64,000 nt of DNA from Mytilus californianus. Its lineage: Eukaryota. The position numbers and the translations under genes are program-made. Shown piece after piece: positions 25,622-38,562 of the stretch (positions are counted from its first letter, which is position 1; the number at the start of each line of letters is the position of its first letter). The notes under the pieces are model-generated. The model had not been told where the DNA came from. It did no database searches and saw nothing but the letters and a program-made list of their open reading frames with translations. The stretch is taken from assembly GCF_021869535.1 (NCBI RefSeq), contig NW_026262679.1, positions 125,364,001 to 125,428,000 on the forward strand, written 5' to 3'.

Positions 25622-27559
25622 CACTACAAAAGTCTAAAAGTCTGAAAAGACCAGTTTTTGTCTTAATTCCCATGAACTTTTACTCGACATTCTCCAAAAG
25701 TATGGCTTGTGTCTTAATTTTTCTTGACAAATTCTCATTTATATTAAATTTGTATGAAATTTACTCTACATATTCTCGACATTCTGAATATGGTCTTAAA
25801 ATTTCTTGACAAATTCTTGACATTTGAATACTGTCTTGAAATTTCTCGACATATTCTCGACATTCTTATTTTTTCTCAGTATGGCTTGACATATTCTGAA
25901 CATTTTGAATCGTGTCTTAAATTTACTTGACAGTTCTGAGTTTTACAAATCATGACCAATATTCATGATATAACTTTAATCTTTATTTCTCTTTATATGA
26001 TATACTGTTGTTTCAAGTTACACTTCTTTACAACAAAAATAAAATTTGGGCATGTAAAATAATTGAAAATTTGGGTATATAAATATTTTTACAAATGCAA
26101 ATATGGCTATGAAATCTAAAGTATAAAATAATTCAAATGTGGTTGTGTTGATATAAAACAATTTCAATGTGGGTTTTTAAATAATTGCAAATTTTGATTC
26201 CTAAATCTTATAAATTAAATGATTCAAACCAATCATACTGTAGACATATTTCATTCTACATTCATAATATTCAATGTTGATATGGTAAATAATTATTATA
26301 CCAAAATGTGGTTTATATAAATAGCAAATTATGATGATATACAAATCATTCATTTAACAGAAGAAAAATTTGTGTAATGTCATCTGTTGGAATATATTAA
26401 GTATTACACATGGACAGGATGTTCGGATTGTTCCCCATAAAATTAAGGTATTCCACACCCCAGAGTACACGCAACTGTCAAATAGAAGTTATTGCTTTAC
26501 CTGTAATCAGCCATACAACTTATCAGTTGACCGACCATGCCACTACAATTAAAACGTTTGTTGATAGATGGAAATAAAAATCATCATTTTGATGAAAAAA
26601 AATTGAATTGAAATGGATTTTCTTCATCAAAATTATGAAGTTAATTATTTTAACATAAAAACAAATTGAATAATTCCCAAAGATTAAAAGAAAATTATTA
26701 TCTACTCCAGGAATAATAAAAAAAATGTATTTATAATGGGTCCCATCAATGATTTCTATAGAAATGGTTCTCAAACAGACATGCATAATATAGATCTAAA
26801 CATTTTTTTCTTTTCAGGAAGGAGTTTTTTTTATTATTTATTAATATTTATTTTTGATAAAAAATTATAAAATTCAACACTCAAATTTGAATAAAAAATG
26901 TTATTAGGTTGTTCTAAAAAATGAATAATGTTTTTGAATCAAGATGGGAACAAATTCTTTGACCTAAACTAAATTAAACTACATGGGGGATTATTCAGGG
27001 TATTACAACTTAGTTGCACCAAAAAATCTTACTATATATACCAAATTAATCCTTGATTCTTCAAAGTTAAGTTTAGCCATGATAAAAAGGAGTATATAAC
27101 AGCAATAGAATGTCATAAACAGTGCAGAATACGTCTGTTCACATTTCAGGCGAAATTTATACTGTTGAGATAGTGTCAAGACATATTTAAGACTGTCAAG
27201 AATGTGTCGAGACATATTCAGACATTATTTAGAATGTCAAGAATATGTCGAGACATATTCAGACATTATTAAGAATGTCAAGAATATGTCAAGACAGATC
27301 GAGACAAATTTAAGACAGTCAAGAGTTGGTCGAGACTAATCCAGACTCTTATCAGATGATACAGGAAGTGTCGAGAAATTTTAAGACAATGCTCATACTG
27401 TCAAGACACATGTCAAGAAAAATCAAGAACCTTATTAGACAAATTCATACTATGTCAAGAATTTTTAAAAATTATTCAGACAAATTAAGAATGTCGAGTA
27501 AAAATTCATGCAAATTCCGACAAAAACTGGTCTTTTCAGACTTTTTGACTTTTGTAGTG
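25622..27559. mobile_element. Non-autonomous CACTA (CMC/EnSpm) DNA transposon
   Basis: 41-bp TIR starting CACTACAAAAGTC (1 mismatch), CTT on both flanks (25619-25621, 27560-27562), and inverted fields of short subterminal repeats TCTYGACA/TGTCRAGA. No transposase ORF. Confidence 0.9.
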
Positions 27560-27829
27560 CTTAGATCTTGATATACATTTTACCAGAATAGTCTTCAATC
27601 TGTAAATTTACCAATTATGTCACAAACCCTATCAGGCCATAATCTTGCTGGCTATTTAAATCCCTAAAACTGGCCGACAGACTGACTTCATAGTGATGGA
27701 CAAGGTATAATTTACAGTAGTCACTACACATAGGCAGACATATATATATAAATCTACAGTGATTGTATGCTTCTAAAAATAGAATAGCATCCTGTATTTA
27801 TACTGAAGAGATGAGTAAATGTAATATAA

Positions 27830-28075
27830 ATACTAACCCTGCTTTGTACTAGACCCACATGCTGAACCAGATTTTGAACATTAGTCCCCAGGAAGACATG
27901 TTACAATACCTGGACCAACTATTCTGAGCAGACCAGTCTTTGCTGTTACTCCTTAATGCTGTATGCTAAGCAGAAAAGCAGCAAATACCAACTTTCAAAT
28001 CTGGTTTGACCCAGCTGGGATTCGAACCCATAACCTCCAACACTCAAGGCGAACACACTACCACAAGACCATGAA
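27830..28075 (-). mobile_element. tRNA-derived SINE, degenerate (central domain resembles MetaSINE type)
   Basis: Minus strand reads A-box-like GTGGTAGTGTG, B-box GGTTCGAATCC (28018-28028), then TTGGTATTTGCTGCTTTTCTGCTTAGCATACAGCATTAAGGAGTAACAGCAAAGACTGG. Confidence 0.6.
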
Positions 28076-29055
28076 GGTGGTGAAAAAATTATCGAAAAAA
28101 ATAAGGTGAACTTGTATGTTAATATTTCTATTTAGAAACATGTACATTTTGTATTTTTAAAATTAGTATTTTTTTGTGGGACACACCATTTGATCATAAT
28201 CGTCCATAGAAATAGCAAATAAAAGAAAAGTTTTATGAAAATTTTTTGAAGATATCTCTAAATTTAGAAATTTGGCCACTCCAAAAAATTTAATTGTTCT
28301 GTGGATATTTCAAATGAAAATAGAGATTAAAGGGGTGGCAAGCATTAAACGTAGCATTAGCATGATTAAAAAAAGAAATTAATTTCAGTTAGAGTTTAGT
28401 TTTTGTCTTATTATATAGGTATCCATGCATGGTATCCTGGCTGTGATTTATCCCATGTATCACTTATTCTCTGTTAATGTTGCAGTGACTGTAGAGTTCT
28501 TTATGTTTTAAGCCAGTTTAAGCCAATCAGAGCTTCTAAGGAATTGCTTAATCTTCAAAAGAGCATTGGGGATACCTTTCAATTTCTGTTGTCAACCAAA
28601 ATTTCGCAATTTCAATAAGAACTTGAAAAGTTTTTGTATAACTTACATCCAAAAATGTGCTGGAAAAAAATTAAATCTTACTGAAATTAAAATAATTTTT
28701 TTTAGAATTGACTATATTCCAACAAACAAGACATACATTTGGCCTTTTCGTATGTTTTTAATTGCAAAATTTGCAATGGAACAGGTTATGCAAAAATAAA
28801 ACTTCCATTTGAATTTTCATATCATTATTTGTTTGCAGCATTTCCTGTAATCGAAATAATTAATCTCAATTTTTTGTTCATTGATCAACATTTGCAAAGT
28901 GTCTGAATTTACAGTATACCAAAGCCCTGGCTTTGAATGACCTGAATGTATTGAAGAGGTCTAAACTGGCATGACTGTTATATAATATTCATATATGTAA
29001 TTTATTTTGTTGTTATTTTTATTTAAAGGATCAAAGAAAATAGAAGGACAAAAAA

Positions 29056-29237
29056 ATGCTTTATAAAATGATACTGCTGTTAGTGCTGTACATGATGAAG
29101 ATGACATACTCAGAGCATGGAAAAACCAATGTAATGATTGATACAGATACAGTGATAGAAACAGTATCGGATAGATTCCTTAGTGTTACATTAGATACAT
29201 CATTTATACAGAATAATTGGGCAACACTCAACTTCAG
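29056..29237 (+). CDS. HPSE: Heparanase-like (GH79) paralog 1, coding exon 1 (signal peptide, FLSVTLD)
   Basis: MLYKMILLLVLYMMKMTYSE...DRFLSVTLDTSFIQNNWATLNF; AG|GTAAAG donor, phase 2. An upstream acceptor TTTAAAG (~29028) implies a non-coding first exon. Confidence 0.88.
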
Positions 29238-30010
29238 GTAAAGAGATTCATTATCAGGTAAATTGAGCAACACTCAATCACAGGTAAAGAGATTCATTAT
29301 CAGGTAAATGGGCAACACTCAATTACAGGTAAACAGATTCATTATCAGGTAAATGGGGCAACACTCAATTACAGGTAAAGAGATTTATGATTAGGATAAT
29401 TGGGCAACACTCAATTACAGTTAAAGAGATTCATTTTCAGGTAAATTGGGCAACACTCAATTACAGTTAAAGAAATTCATTTTCAGGCAAATTGGGCAAC
29501 ACTCAATTACAGGTAAAGAGATTCATTATCCAGTAAATTAGGCATCACTCAATTACAAGTAAAAGATTTATTATCAGGTAAATTAGGCTACACTCAATTA
29601 CAGGTAAAGAGATTCATGATTTGGATAATTGGGCAACACTCAATTACAGTTAAAGAGATTCATTCTAAGGTAAATTGGGCTACACTCAGTTACAGGTAGA
29701 AATATTCATTATCTGGTAAATTGTGCAACTCTCAATTACAGGTAAAGAGATTCATATCAGGTAAATTGGGCAACACTCAATCACAGGTAAAGTGATTCAT
29801 TATCAGGTAAATTGGGCAACACTCAATCACAGGTTAAGAGATTCATTATCAGGTATATTGGGCTACACTCAATTACAGGTAAAAAGATTTATTATCAGGT
29901 ATGTTCGGCTACACTCAATTACAGGTAAAGAGATTCATTATCAGGTAAATTAGGCAACACTCAATTTTAGGTGGAGAGATTCATTATTAGGTAAATAGGC
30001 CTAGGGCAAC
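29219..30010 (+). repeat. Tandem array, 46-bp unit, ~17 copies, spanning the exon 1 splice donor; degenerate tail to ~30235
   Basis: Unit GGGCAACACTCAATTACAG|GTAAAGAGATTCATTATCAGGTAAATT. The first unit is the true exon end. Confidence 0.93.
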
Positions 30011-30682
30011 AGTAAACCTGATTATTTAGTGTTATAGAATTTAACAGACAAACTGGACAGTAATTAACTTCAGGTAAGAAGATTCATTATCAGGCAAAAG
30101 AGGCAACAGTTAACTTTATGTAATGACAAAAATTATGAGGCAAATGAGATAACACTTTAAACTCAGATAAAGAGATTATTTGTCTGTCAAATTAAGCAAT
30201 AATTATCAAGGTAAAGAAATTCATTATCAGGTAAGCTTCACAATACTTCAGGAAAACAGGACAGCAATAAACTTTGATATGAGTGAGTGACACGACTCGT
30301 GAAGAACCTTCATAAAGCATGGTAGACATCTTAAAATTTAGAGAAGTCGCCATAAGATACAAATGTATCATTTTTGTATGGTAAAGATCTAAATTTATAG
30401 AAGTTACTAAACATGTAACAGAGATCATCTAAATTATGTGAAGCCTCCATAAGGTACAAATGTATGGTAAGATCTAAATTTATTGAAGTCACTAAACATA
30501 TCATGGCATAGATCTAAAGTAAGAGAAGTCACCATAAGTTATGATTGATACTAAATTTAGAAAAAAGAGATTAATATGATACATTACATCTCATTTTAGA
30601 TTGTATTTCTTTATCTTAACAAATGAAAAATTGAACCAAAACTCTGACATTGTTTTGATAATACATATTTTTTCTTTTTTAG

Positions 30683-30864
30683 TTCTCCAAAAGTACAGGT
30701 ATTAGCCAAAGCATTATCACCATGTTATTTACGTGTTGGGGGAAGCTCAGCAGATTATCTCCAGTTTGATCCATCGTCTCAGAGTGAAAGTTACCAAAAA
30801 GTGCCAAAAGAGTTCATTTTAACAGACCGTATAAACAAGAAACTGACTAATTTTACTATGATAG
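30683..30864 (+). CDS. HPSE: Heparanase-like paralog 1, exon 2
   Basis: [30 protein letters not shown]...KKLTNFTMI; AG/GT boundaries, phases 2 and 1. Confidence 0.9.
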
Positions 30865-32002
30865 GTAAGGATACAGTACAAGTTAGAAATTTATTATGAT
30901 ATAATATACATGCATGTGAGGATGGTGTACAAGTCAAAAAGTTTTCTTTAATAACTTGTACCAGACAAGAATCACAATATAAATAGATGTGGTATGATTG
31001 CTTATGATACAACTATCCACCAGATCCAAATGATGTAAAAGGTTAGCAACTATAGGAGACCATACGGCCTTCAACAATAAGCAAAACCAGTCAAAAATCT
31101 GTTGTTTACCTGAAAATGCTTCAAAATTTATTTTACTGTTTGTAGAAAAAGTATTACATTTCTCCTAAGGTTCTTACTTTCTTTGTTAAATTTAAAAAAA
31201 AAATCACATGAACAAAGCAACAAAAACATGACTAGAATAAATAAATGGAATGATAAGTTCTAGTAGGGATGCTTTTTAGCTCAAAAAGAACCATGAATTT
31301 CTGTCAAAATTGTCATATAGATGACCCAACCTGCCTTAAAATCTGACTGCTGCCATTAAATTTATCACATTTTTGTTAAACAAGACCAGATATACATGTA
31401 TTCTTTGAAGGTCCAATTTTTACAAAATTTATGTTAAGTGAAATGTTTGTCTTCTATTGTTGTCAAATAGAACAATTTTACCAAACTAATTCGGTTACTC
31501 AGATAATCTTTTACCGATTAACAAGTCAACTGGTAGTAAAGATGATGTTCAAAGACAATTTCTGCAGTATTTCAGCATATATATGGTTATATGAACGATA
31601 TATTGAAGTTTATCATTACATCCTTCCTACAGACCACTTTGTTTTGTTCACGGACCAGTATACACTAAATTTTCATTGAACAATTTTTTAATCAGAATTT
31701 TGTTAGAAATATGACCAACCTTGGATGTGGATGATTGACATTTTTACATGTACGTCCACAAAATTTGAAAGTCAAAATGAAACTATGAATTGACTTAAAT
31801 TAAAATCAGTTTACACCTGTGCAATGTATATTTATTTTACACACCTATTCTGTGAATACTTATAATTATGCAAAAAGCTGATATACAAGATGTCTTAATT
31901 GTGCAAATTAATTATGTAAAATTGGAATGTTTTCATTGTTGATTAAGTAATCAATATACCAGACAACTGATTTCGTAGAGTACCTTAATTTAAGATTTAA
32001 CA

Positions 32003-32710
32003 TTTTTATACGCCCCTCAAAATTTTGACGGGACGTATTATGGTATACAAATGTCGTCTGTCCGTCTATCCGTCTGTCCGTCTGTCTGTCCGGCGTAAAC
32101 ATGTCGCACCGTAACTTGAGAACGACTTATCCAAATTTCATAAAGCTTTTTGAGTTACAGGACTTAGTAACTAAAACAGGTGTGTGTTTTTTTTCACATG
32201 TCGCGCCGTATCTCAAAAACAATTTATGATTATTGCTTGAAACTTTACACATTTCTGAGTTATATTAATCTTAAGATCTGTATACTTTTTAGTGATGGTT
32301 CAAAATTTTATTTTTGAGTTATTGAGTATTTTGTAAAAAAAGTCGCACCGTATCTCAAAAACTATTTATGATTATTGCTTAAAATTTTACGCACTTCTTA
32401 GTTATATTAATCTAAAGCTCTGTATACTTTTTGGTTTTGATTCAAAATTTTATTTTAGAGATATTGATTTTTTTTTTTTAAAAAGGGGGATTTTCACATG
32501 TCGCACTGTATCTAAAAAACGATTTATGATTATTGCTTAAAATTTTACACACTTCTTAGTTATAATAATCTAAAGAATATTGAGTTTTTTTGTAAAAAAA
32601 AAGGGAGGTTTTCGCATGTCACGCCGTATGTCAGAAACTATTTATGATTATTGCATAAAAATTCACACACAAGACGACGGGCGTATCATGCGCTCATGGC
32701 GCAGCTGTTT
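32003..32710. mobile_element. Helentron/HINE-like element
   Basis: Subterminal IR ATACGCCC(32008)/GGGCGTAT(32679), (GTCC/GTCT)n microsatellite, internal ~150-bp repeats, 3' hairpin TGCGC-TCATG-GCGCA. Confidence 0.7.
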
Positions 32711-33081
32711 ATTATTTAGGGTTTCAATACACATTGATATCAAATCTATTAAAATTGAAAAAAGGTTAGATTAATCGTTTTACGTTTGTGGTATTTGAGA
32801 AAATTTAAATTGATTTTTAATTAAATGAATTGTTGGGCAAATTGATGTTTATGAATAAAAGGAAAGCATACCTTAATCAGACAGAAACTCAACAACACAA
32901 AAAACCAACAACAACTAGAGGTCAGCATAAATTCTTGTGATCTCAAATATGATTTTCATAGAAACTTCTGTCTGTCTAACAAATTTAACTTTTTAAGGCT
33001 TGAAGCATGTGAAGCAAACATACATATTTATGAGGCAATTGATCTAATGAACAGTTTAGTCCTATTTTTGTTCCTTTGTAG

Positions 33082-33255
33082 CAAGACAGTGGGATGAACT
33101 GAATGGTTTTGCAGAAATGGTTGGATGGGATCTTATATTTGACCTGAACTCATTACTTAGACAGAATGGACAATGGCTACCAGATAATGCTAAACTACTC
33201 ATGGATTATACATCACAGAAAGGATATAAAATAGTTGGATGGGAACTTGGCAATG
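33082..33255 (+). CDS. HPSE: Heparanase-like paralog 1, exon 3
   Basis: [26 protein letters not shown]...GWELGN. The acid/base Glu codon is split across this intron (G|AA). Confidence 0.93.
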
Positions 33256-33832
33256 GTAACATTAATTATTAATGTTAATACATGGATGTATTTGTATAAC
33301 GATTTTGGTAATTTGTCTTACAAAAAATATAGGCCTTAATATCAAACTATATTCCACCTTCATCCAAATAAACACCAAAAAATATCCCCCCAAAAGATAA
33401 TATTAATGTAAAATCATTCCATGTATGTATAATTCAAAGGACAATTTCTATCAAGAGCCATTAAAAGATTATATAAAATTAAAAAGATGTGGTATGATTG
33501 CCATTGAGACATCTCCATTGAGACATCTCTCCACCAGAGACCAAATGACTTAGAAGTTAAAACTATAGGTCAGTGTATGTCCACATTGGTGTAACAAAAT
33601 AATATGCGATGTAAGTAAAAAGAAATAAAAATTCTTTATACTTTGAAATTTGTCCAATTATGTCTGATATTTGACACCTTTATTTCCAATAGAAGTTGTA
33701 AGTTCTGTCCAATGGGTCTAAAGAGTGTATGCAATAATAATATAAAGAAAGAAAACCTAGAATATAATCAGAAATGAATTGACCTTTTTTAGTCAGACTT
33801 TTCCCCTCAGGAACAACAAATCTAAAGCTTAA

Positions 33833-34452
33833 GGGCATACAATACAGTTACAGGGGAGGTAATGACGTTGCTAATATGTAAAATGTTATTTTCGCGACGT
33901 CAAACTATGACATATCTGGAAAAGATGCATTTTTCAACTGATTTTTATCATTCAAACTGATTGAACTTGAAAACGAAATCATGGACCCCTCTTTTTTAAA
34001 ATGACATTAGGTTTGATTACATATGAAGATTTTTGTACCAATTTTTATTAAAAAGTCACAGATGAAATTTTTTTAAATTAGATAAATATACAGGAAAAAA
34101 TGCCATTTTTGACTAAAATCATGAAACTTTGATAAAATTTAATTATTTCCAAAAAATTATTATACAAATTTACAGCATACTTATGTAAAGAAGATTTTCC
34201 AAATGTTTTTACAAAAATCCGCTTTTGCTTATCTTTTGAAACAAAAAAGTTAGGTATGTCTATTCAAAGGATAGAAATGCCCAAAAAACGAAATTTTGAG
34301 TAGATGTCTAAAATTTATACCCCATTTATCTCTTAAAGTAGCACATGAAGGTATATTTTTTATTACATATTTGAATTGATTAGGTGAAAAATAGCTTGTA
34401 TGTAAATTTTCGTAAAAAAATCACTGTGGGATCAAAACTGTATCATATGCCG
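33833..34452. mobile_element. Non-autonomous TIR element with TTAA TSD (Kolobok-like MITE)
   Basis: TTAA|GGGCATACAATACAGTT ... AACTGTATCATATGCCG|TTAA. Confidence 0.7.
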
Positions 34453-34543
34453 TTAATCAATAAATGCATACCGGTATATCCATCATATTTAAAATTTTAA
34501 CATTGAAACTACAAGAAACACTGTCACTGAAAGCTAGGGCTAT

Positions 34544-35125
34544 CCCTGCAGTGGACACATCTGTACAAATGCTTCTGTTGATATGATGTGGCATGCTTTC
34601 CCTGCAGTGGACAAATCTGTACAACTGCTTCTGTTGATATGATGTAGCATGCTTTCCTTGCAGTGTTAGATGTTGTTCAATTCCTGGCACAATGAAATTA
34701 AAGAATCTAAAATTGATATTTCTGCTTCTTCATTTAGCATGTCGGTATAAAAAGATTAAAGTGACTAGTCAGCTTTAAATCAATATTATGTGTCTTGCTA
34801 TGAAGATATATCTTTCTCACCTGGTAAAAAAAATCCAAGTAGAATGTTGAAAATCAATCTTTTACAAGGGAGGGTTAATATTCTTATAGTATTAACATGA
34901 TCTCATCTTGAATGAGCTTGATTTCATCCTGAATCAACTTGGTTTGGTCTCATCCTGAATCAACATGGTTTGGTTTCATCATGAATCACCAAATGGCTTC
35001 ATCCTGATTTATCATGGTCTTATTCTTAATCAACATGGTTTCATCATGAATCACCAAATGGCTTCATCGTGATTTATCATGGTCTCATTCTTAATCAACT
35101 TGGTTTCATTCTGATTCATCATACA
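34544..35125. repeat. Two small tandem repeats: 56-bp x ~2.2 (34544-34665) and a degenerate ~20-bp repeat with a ~62-bp higher-order duplication (34900-35125)
   Basis: CCCTGCAGTGGACA... recurs at 34544 and 34600; TTTCATCNTGAATCAACNTGG units follow. Confidence 0.75.
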
Positions 35126-35218
35126 CATCCACCAATTACCACACCAGTATTATGACACATATGTGTTACAGATATGGAAAATGCCATGTAAAAATCCAAA
35201 TATATTTTGTATTTATAG

Positions 35219-35390
35219 AACCTGATGTTTATAAAGACGTAGGTATTAACATAACAGGAGCCCAGAGAGCCAAGGACTACAGTATACTACACAGCCTCCT
35301 TAACCACTATCCACAATGGAGAAATGGTATTGTTATAGGTCCCAGTGTTACAATGTTAGTAAAGGAAATTAGTAGGAAATATTTACAAGA
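35219..35390 (+). CDS. HPSE: Heparanase-like paralog 1, exon 4
   Basis: EPDVYKDVGINITGAQRAKDYSILHSLL...IVIGPSVT...KYLQ; AG/GT boundaries in phase. Confidence 0.9.
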
Positions 35391-35410
35391 GTAAGTGACA
35401 TCAGCATTAT

Positions 35411-37789
35411 TTTTAGCTCACCTGGCCCGAAGGGCCAAGTGAGCTTTTCTCATCACTTGGCGTCCGTCGTCCGTCGTCGTCCGGCGTCGTCCGGCGTCGT
35501 CCGTCGTCGGCGTAAACTTTTTACATTTTGAACTTCTTCTAGAGAACCACTGAATGGAATGAAACCAAACATGGCATGAATGTTCCTTATGAGGTGCTGA
35601 CCAAGTGTTGTTACTTTGTAGCCGATCCATCATCCAAGATGGCCGCCAGCGGGGGACTTAGTTTAACATAGGACCCTATGGGAAATGCATACAAATGACT
35701 TCTTTTAGAGAACCACTGAATGGAATGAAACCAAACATGGCATGAATGTTTCTTATGAGGTGCTGACCGAGTGTTGTTACTTTGAAGCCGATCCATAATC
35801 CAAGATGGCAGCCAGCGGGGGACTTAGTTTAACATAGGACCCTATGGGAAATGCATACAAATGTCTTCTTTTAGAGAACCACTGAATGGAATGAAACAAA
35901 ACATAGCATGAATGTTCATTAGGAAGTGCTGACCAAGTGTTGTTACTTTGTAGTTGATCCATCATCCAAGATGGCTGCCAGCAGGGGACTTAGTTTAACA
36001 TAGGACCCTATGGGAAATGCATACAAATGACTTCTTTTAGAGAACCACTGAATGGAATGAAACAAAACATAGCATGTTACAAGGTGCTGACCAAGTGTTG
36101 TTACTTTGTAGCCATTCCATCATCCAAAATGGCCGCCAGCGAGGGACATAGTTTAACATAGGACCCTATGGGAAAGGCATACAAATGACTTCTTTTAGAG
36201 AACCACTGAATGGAATGAAACAAAACATAGCATGAATGTTCATTAGGAGGTGCTGACCAAGTGTTGTTACTTTGTAGCCGATCCATCATCCAAGATGGCC
36301 GCAAGCGGGGGACTTAGTTTAACATAGGACCCTATGGGAAATGCATACAAATGACTTCTTTTAGAGAACCACTGAATGGAATGAAACAAAACATAGCATG
36401 AATGTTACTTACAAGGTGCTGACCAAGTGTTGTTACTTTGTAGCCGTTCAATCATCCAAAATGGCCGCCAGTGAGGGACTTAGTTTAACATAGGACCCTA
36501 TGAGAAATACATACAAATGTCTTCTTTTAGAGAACCACTGAATGGAATGAAACCAAACATGGCAAGAATGTTCCTTATGAGGTGCTGACCAAGTGTTGTT
36601 ACTTTGAAGCCGATCCATCATCCAAGATGGCAACCAGCGGGGGACTTAGTTTAACATAGGATCCTATGGGAAATACATACAAATGTTTTCTTTTAGAGAA
36701 CCACTGAATGCAATGAAACCAAACATGGCATGAATGTTCCTTATGAGGTGCTGACCGAGTGTTGTTACTTTGAAGCCGATCCATAATCCAAGATGGCCGC
36801 CAGCGGGGGACTTAGTTTAACATGGGACCCTATGGGAAATACATACAAACGTCTTCTTTTAGAGAACCACTGAATGGAATGAAACCAAACATGGCAAGAA
36901 TGTTCCTTTTGAGGTGCTGACCAAGTGTTGTTACTTTGAAGCCGATCCATCATCCAAGATGGCAGCCAGCGGGGGACTTAGTTTAACATAGGATCCTATG
37001 GGAAATACATACAAATGTTTTCTTTTAGAGAACCACTGAATGGAATGAAACCAAACATGGCATGAATGTTCCTTATGAGGTGCTGACCAAGTGTTGTTAC
37101 TATGAAGCCGATCCATAATCTAAGATGGCCGCCAGCGGAGGACTTAGTTTAACATAGGACCCTATGAGAAATACGTACAAATGTTTTCTTTTAGAGAACC
37201 ATTGAATGGAATGAAACCAAACATGGCATGCATGTTCCTTTCGAGGTGCTGACCAAGTGTTGTTACTTTGAAGCTGATCCTTCATCTATGATGGCTGCCA
37301 GATGGGGACAATGTTTAACAAAGGACCCTATGGACAATACATACAAATGTCTTCTTTTAGAGAACCACATACTGAATGGATTGAACCAAACATGGCATGA
37401 ATGTTCCTTATGAGGTGCTGACTACTTTTTTGTTACTTTGAAGCTGATCCTTCATCCATGATGGCCGCCAATGGGGGGACTTCCTTTAACATAAGACCCT
37501 ATGGGAAATACATACAAATGCTTCTTCTAGAGGTGCACTGAATGGAATGAAACCAAAACATGGCATAAATGTTTCTTATGAGGTGCTGATTAAGTGTTGC
37601 TACTTTGTTGCTGATTTACTGTTCAAGATGGCCACCAGGATTTTTTATTAAATTACAGGACCAATATTAAACCAAATTTGGCCTCACTCATTATTAGGGT
37701 ATCTGTTATGATTTTAATCTATTTTTACATAATTTCCAAAACCAAAGTAGAATCAGGTGAGCGACACAGGCTCTTGAGAGCCTCTAGTT
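35411..37789. mobile_element. Helentron/HINE-like element carrying ~13 tandem 166-bp satellite-like units
   Basis: Subterminal IR AGCTCACCTG(35415)/CAGGTGAGC(37754), 5' hairpin TGGCC-CGAAG-GGCCA, (CGT/CGTC)n microsatellite, 166-bp period (35701/35867), 3' hairpin AGGCTC-TTGA-GAGCCT. Confidence 0.85.
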
Positions 37790-37793
37790 TAGT

Positions 37794-38562
37794 CTACCTA
37801 GTCTACAGGGTCATTATGAAGTTATGATGTGTTTGTGTATTATCTATTATTGTTGCCCTACCTAGTCTACAGGGTCAGTATGAAGGTATGATGTGTTTGT
37901 GTATTATCTATTGTTGTTGACCTACCTAGTCTACAGGGTCAGTATGAAGGTATGATGTGTTTGTGTATTATCTATTATTGTTGCCCTACCTAGTCTACAG
38001 GGTCATTATGAAGTTATGATGTGTTTGTGTATTATCTATTGTTGTTGCCCTACCTAGTCTACAGGGTCAGTATGAAGGTATGATGTGTTTGTGTATTATC
38101 TATTGTTGTTGCCCTACCTAGTCTACAGGGTCAGTATGAAGGTATGATGTGTTTGTGTATTATCTATTGTTGTTGCCCTACCTAGTCTACAGGGTCAGTA
38201 TGAAGGTATGAAGTATTTGTGTATTATCTATTGTTGTTGACCTACCTAGTCTACAGGGTCAGTATGAAGGTATGAAGTATTTGTGTATTATCTATTGTTG
38301 TTGACCTACCTAGTCTACAGGGTCAGTATGAAGGTATGAAGTATTTGTGTATTATCTATTGTTGTTGACCTACCTAGTCTACAGGGTCAGTATGAAGGTA
38401 TGAAGTGTTTGTGTATTATCTATTGTTGTTGCCCTACCTAGTCTACAGGGTCAGTATGAAGGTATGATGTGTTTGTGTATTATCTATTGTTGTTGCCCTA
38501 CCTAGTCTACAGGGTCAGTATGAAGGTATGATGTGTTTGTGTATTATCTATTGTTGTTGACC
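37794..38562. repeat. Tandem array, 64-bp unit, ~12 copies
   Basis: GTCTACAGGGTCAGTATGAAGGTATGATGTGTTTGTGTATTATCTATTGTTGTTGCCCTACCTA; period checked at 37801/37865/37929. Confidence 0.95.

Noticed and set aside
35418-37413. Cluster of similar 60-70 aa ORFs (MDRLQSNNTWSAPHKEHSCHVWFH...)
   Set aside because: These are translations of the 166-bp repeat units, not a peptide gene family.
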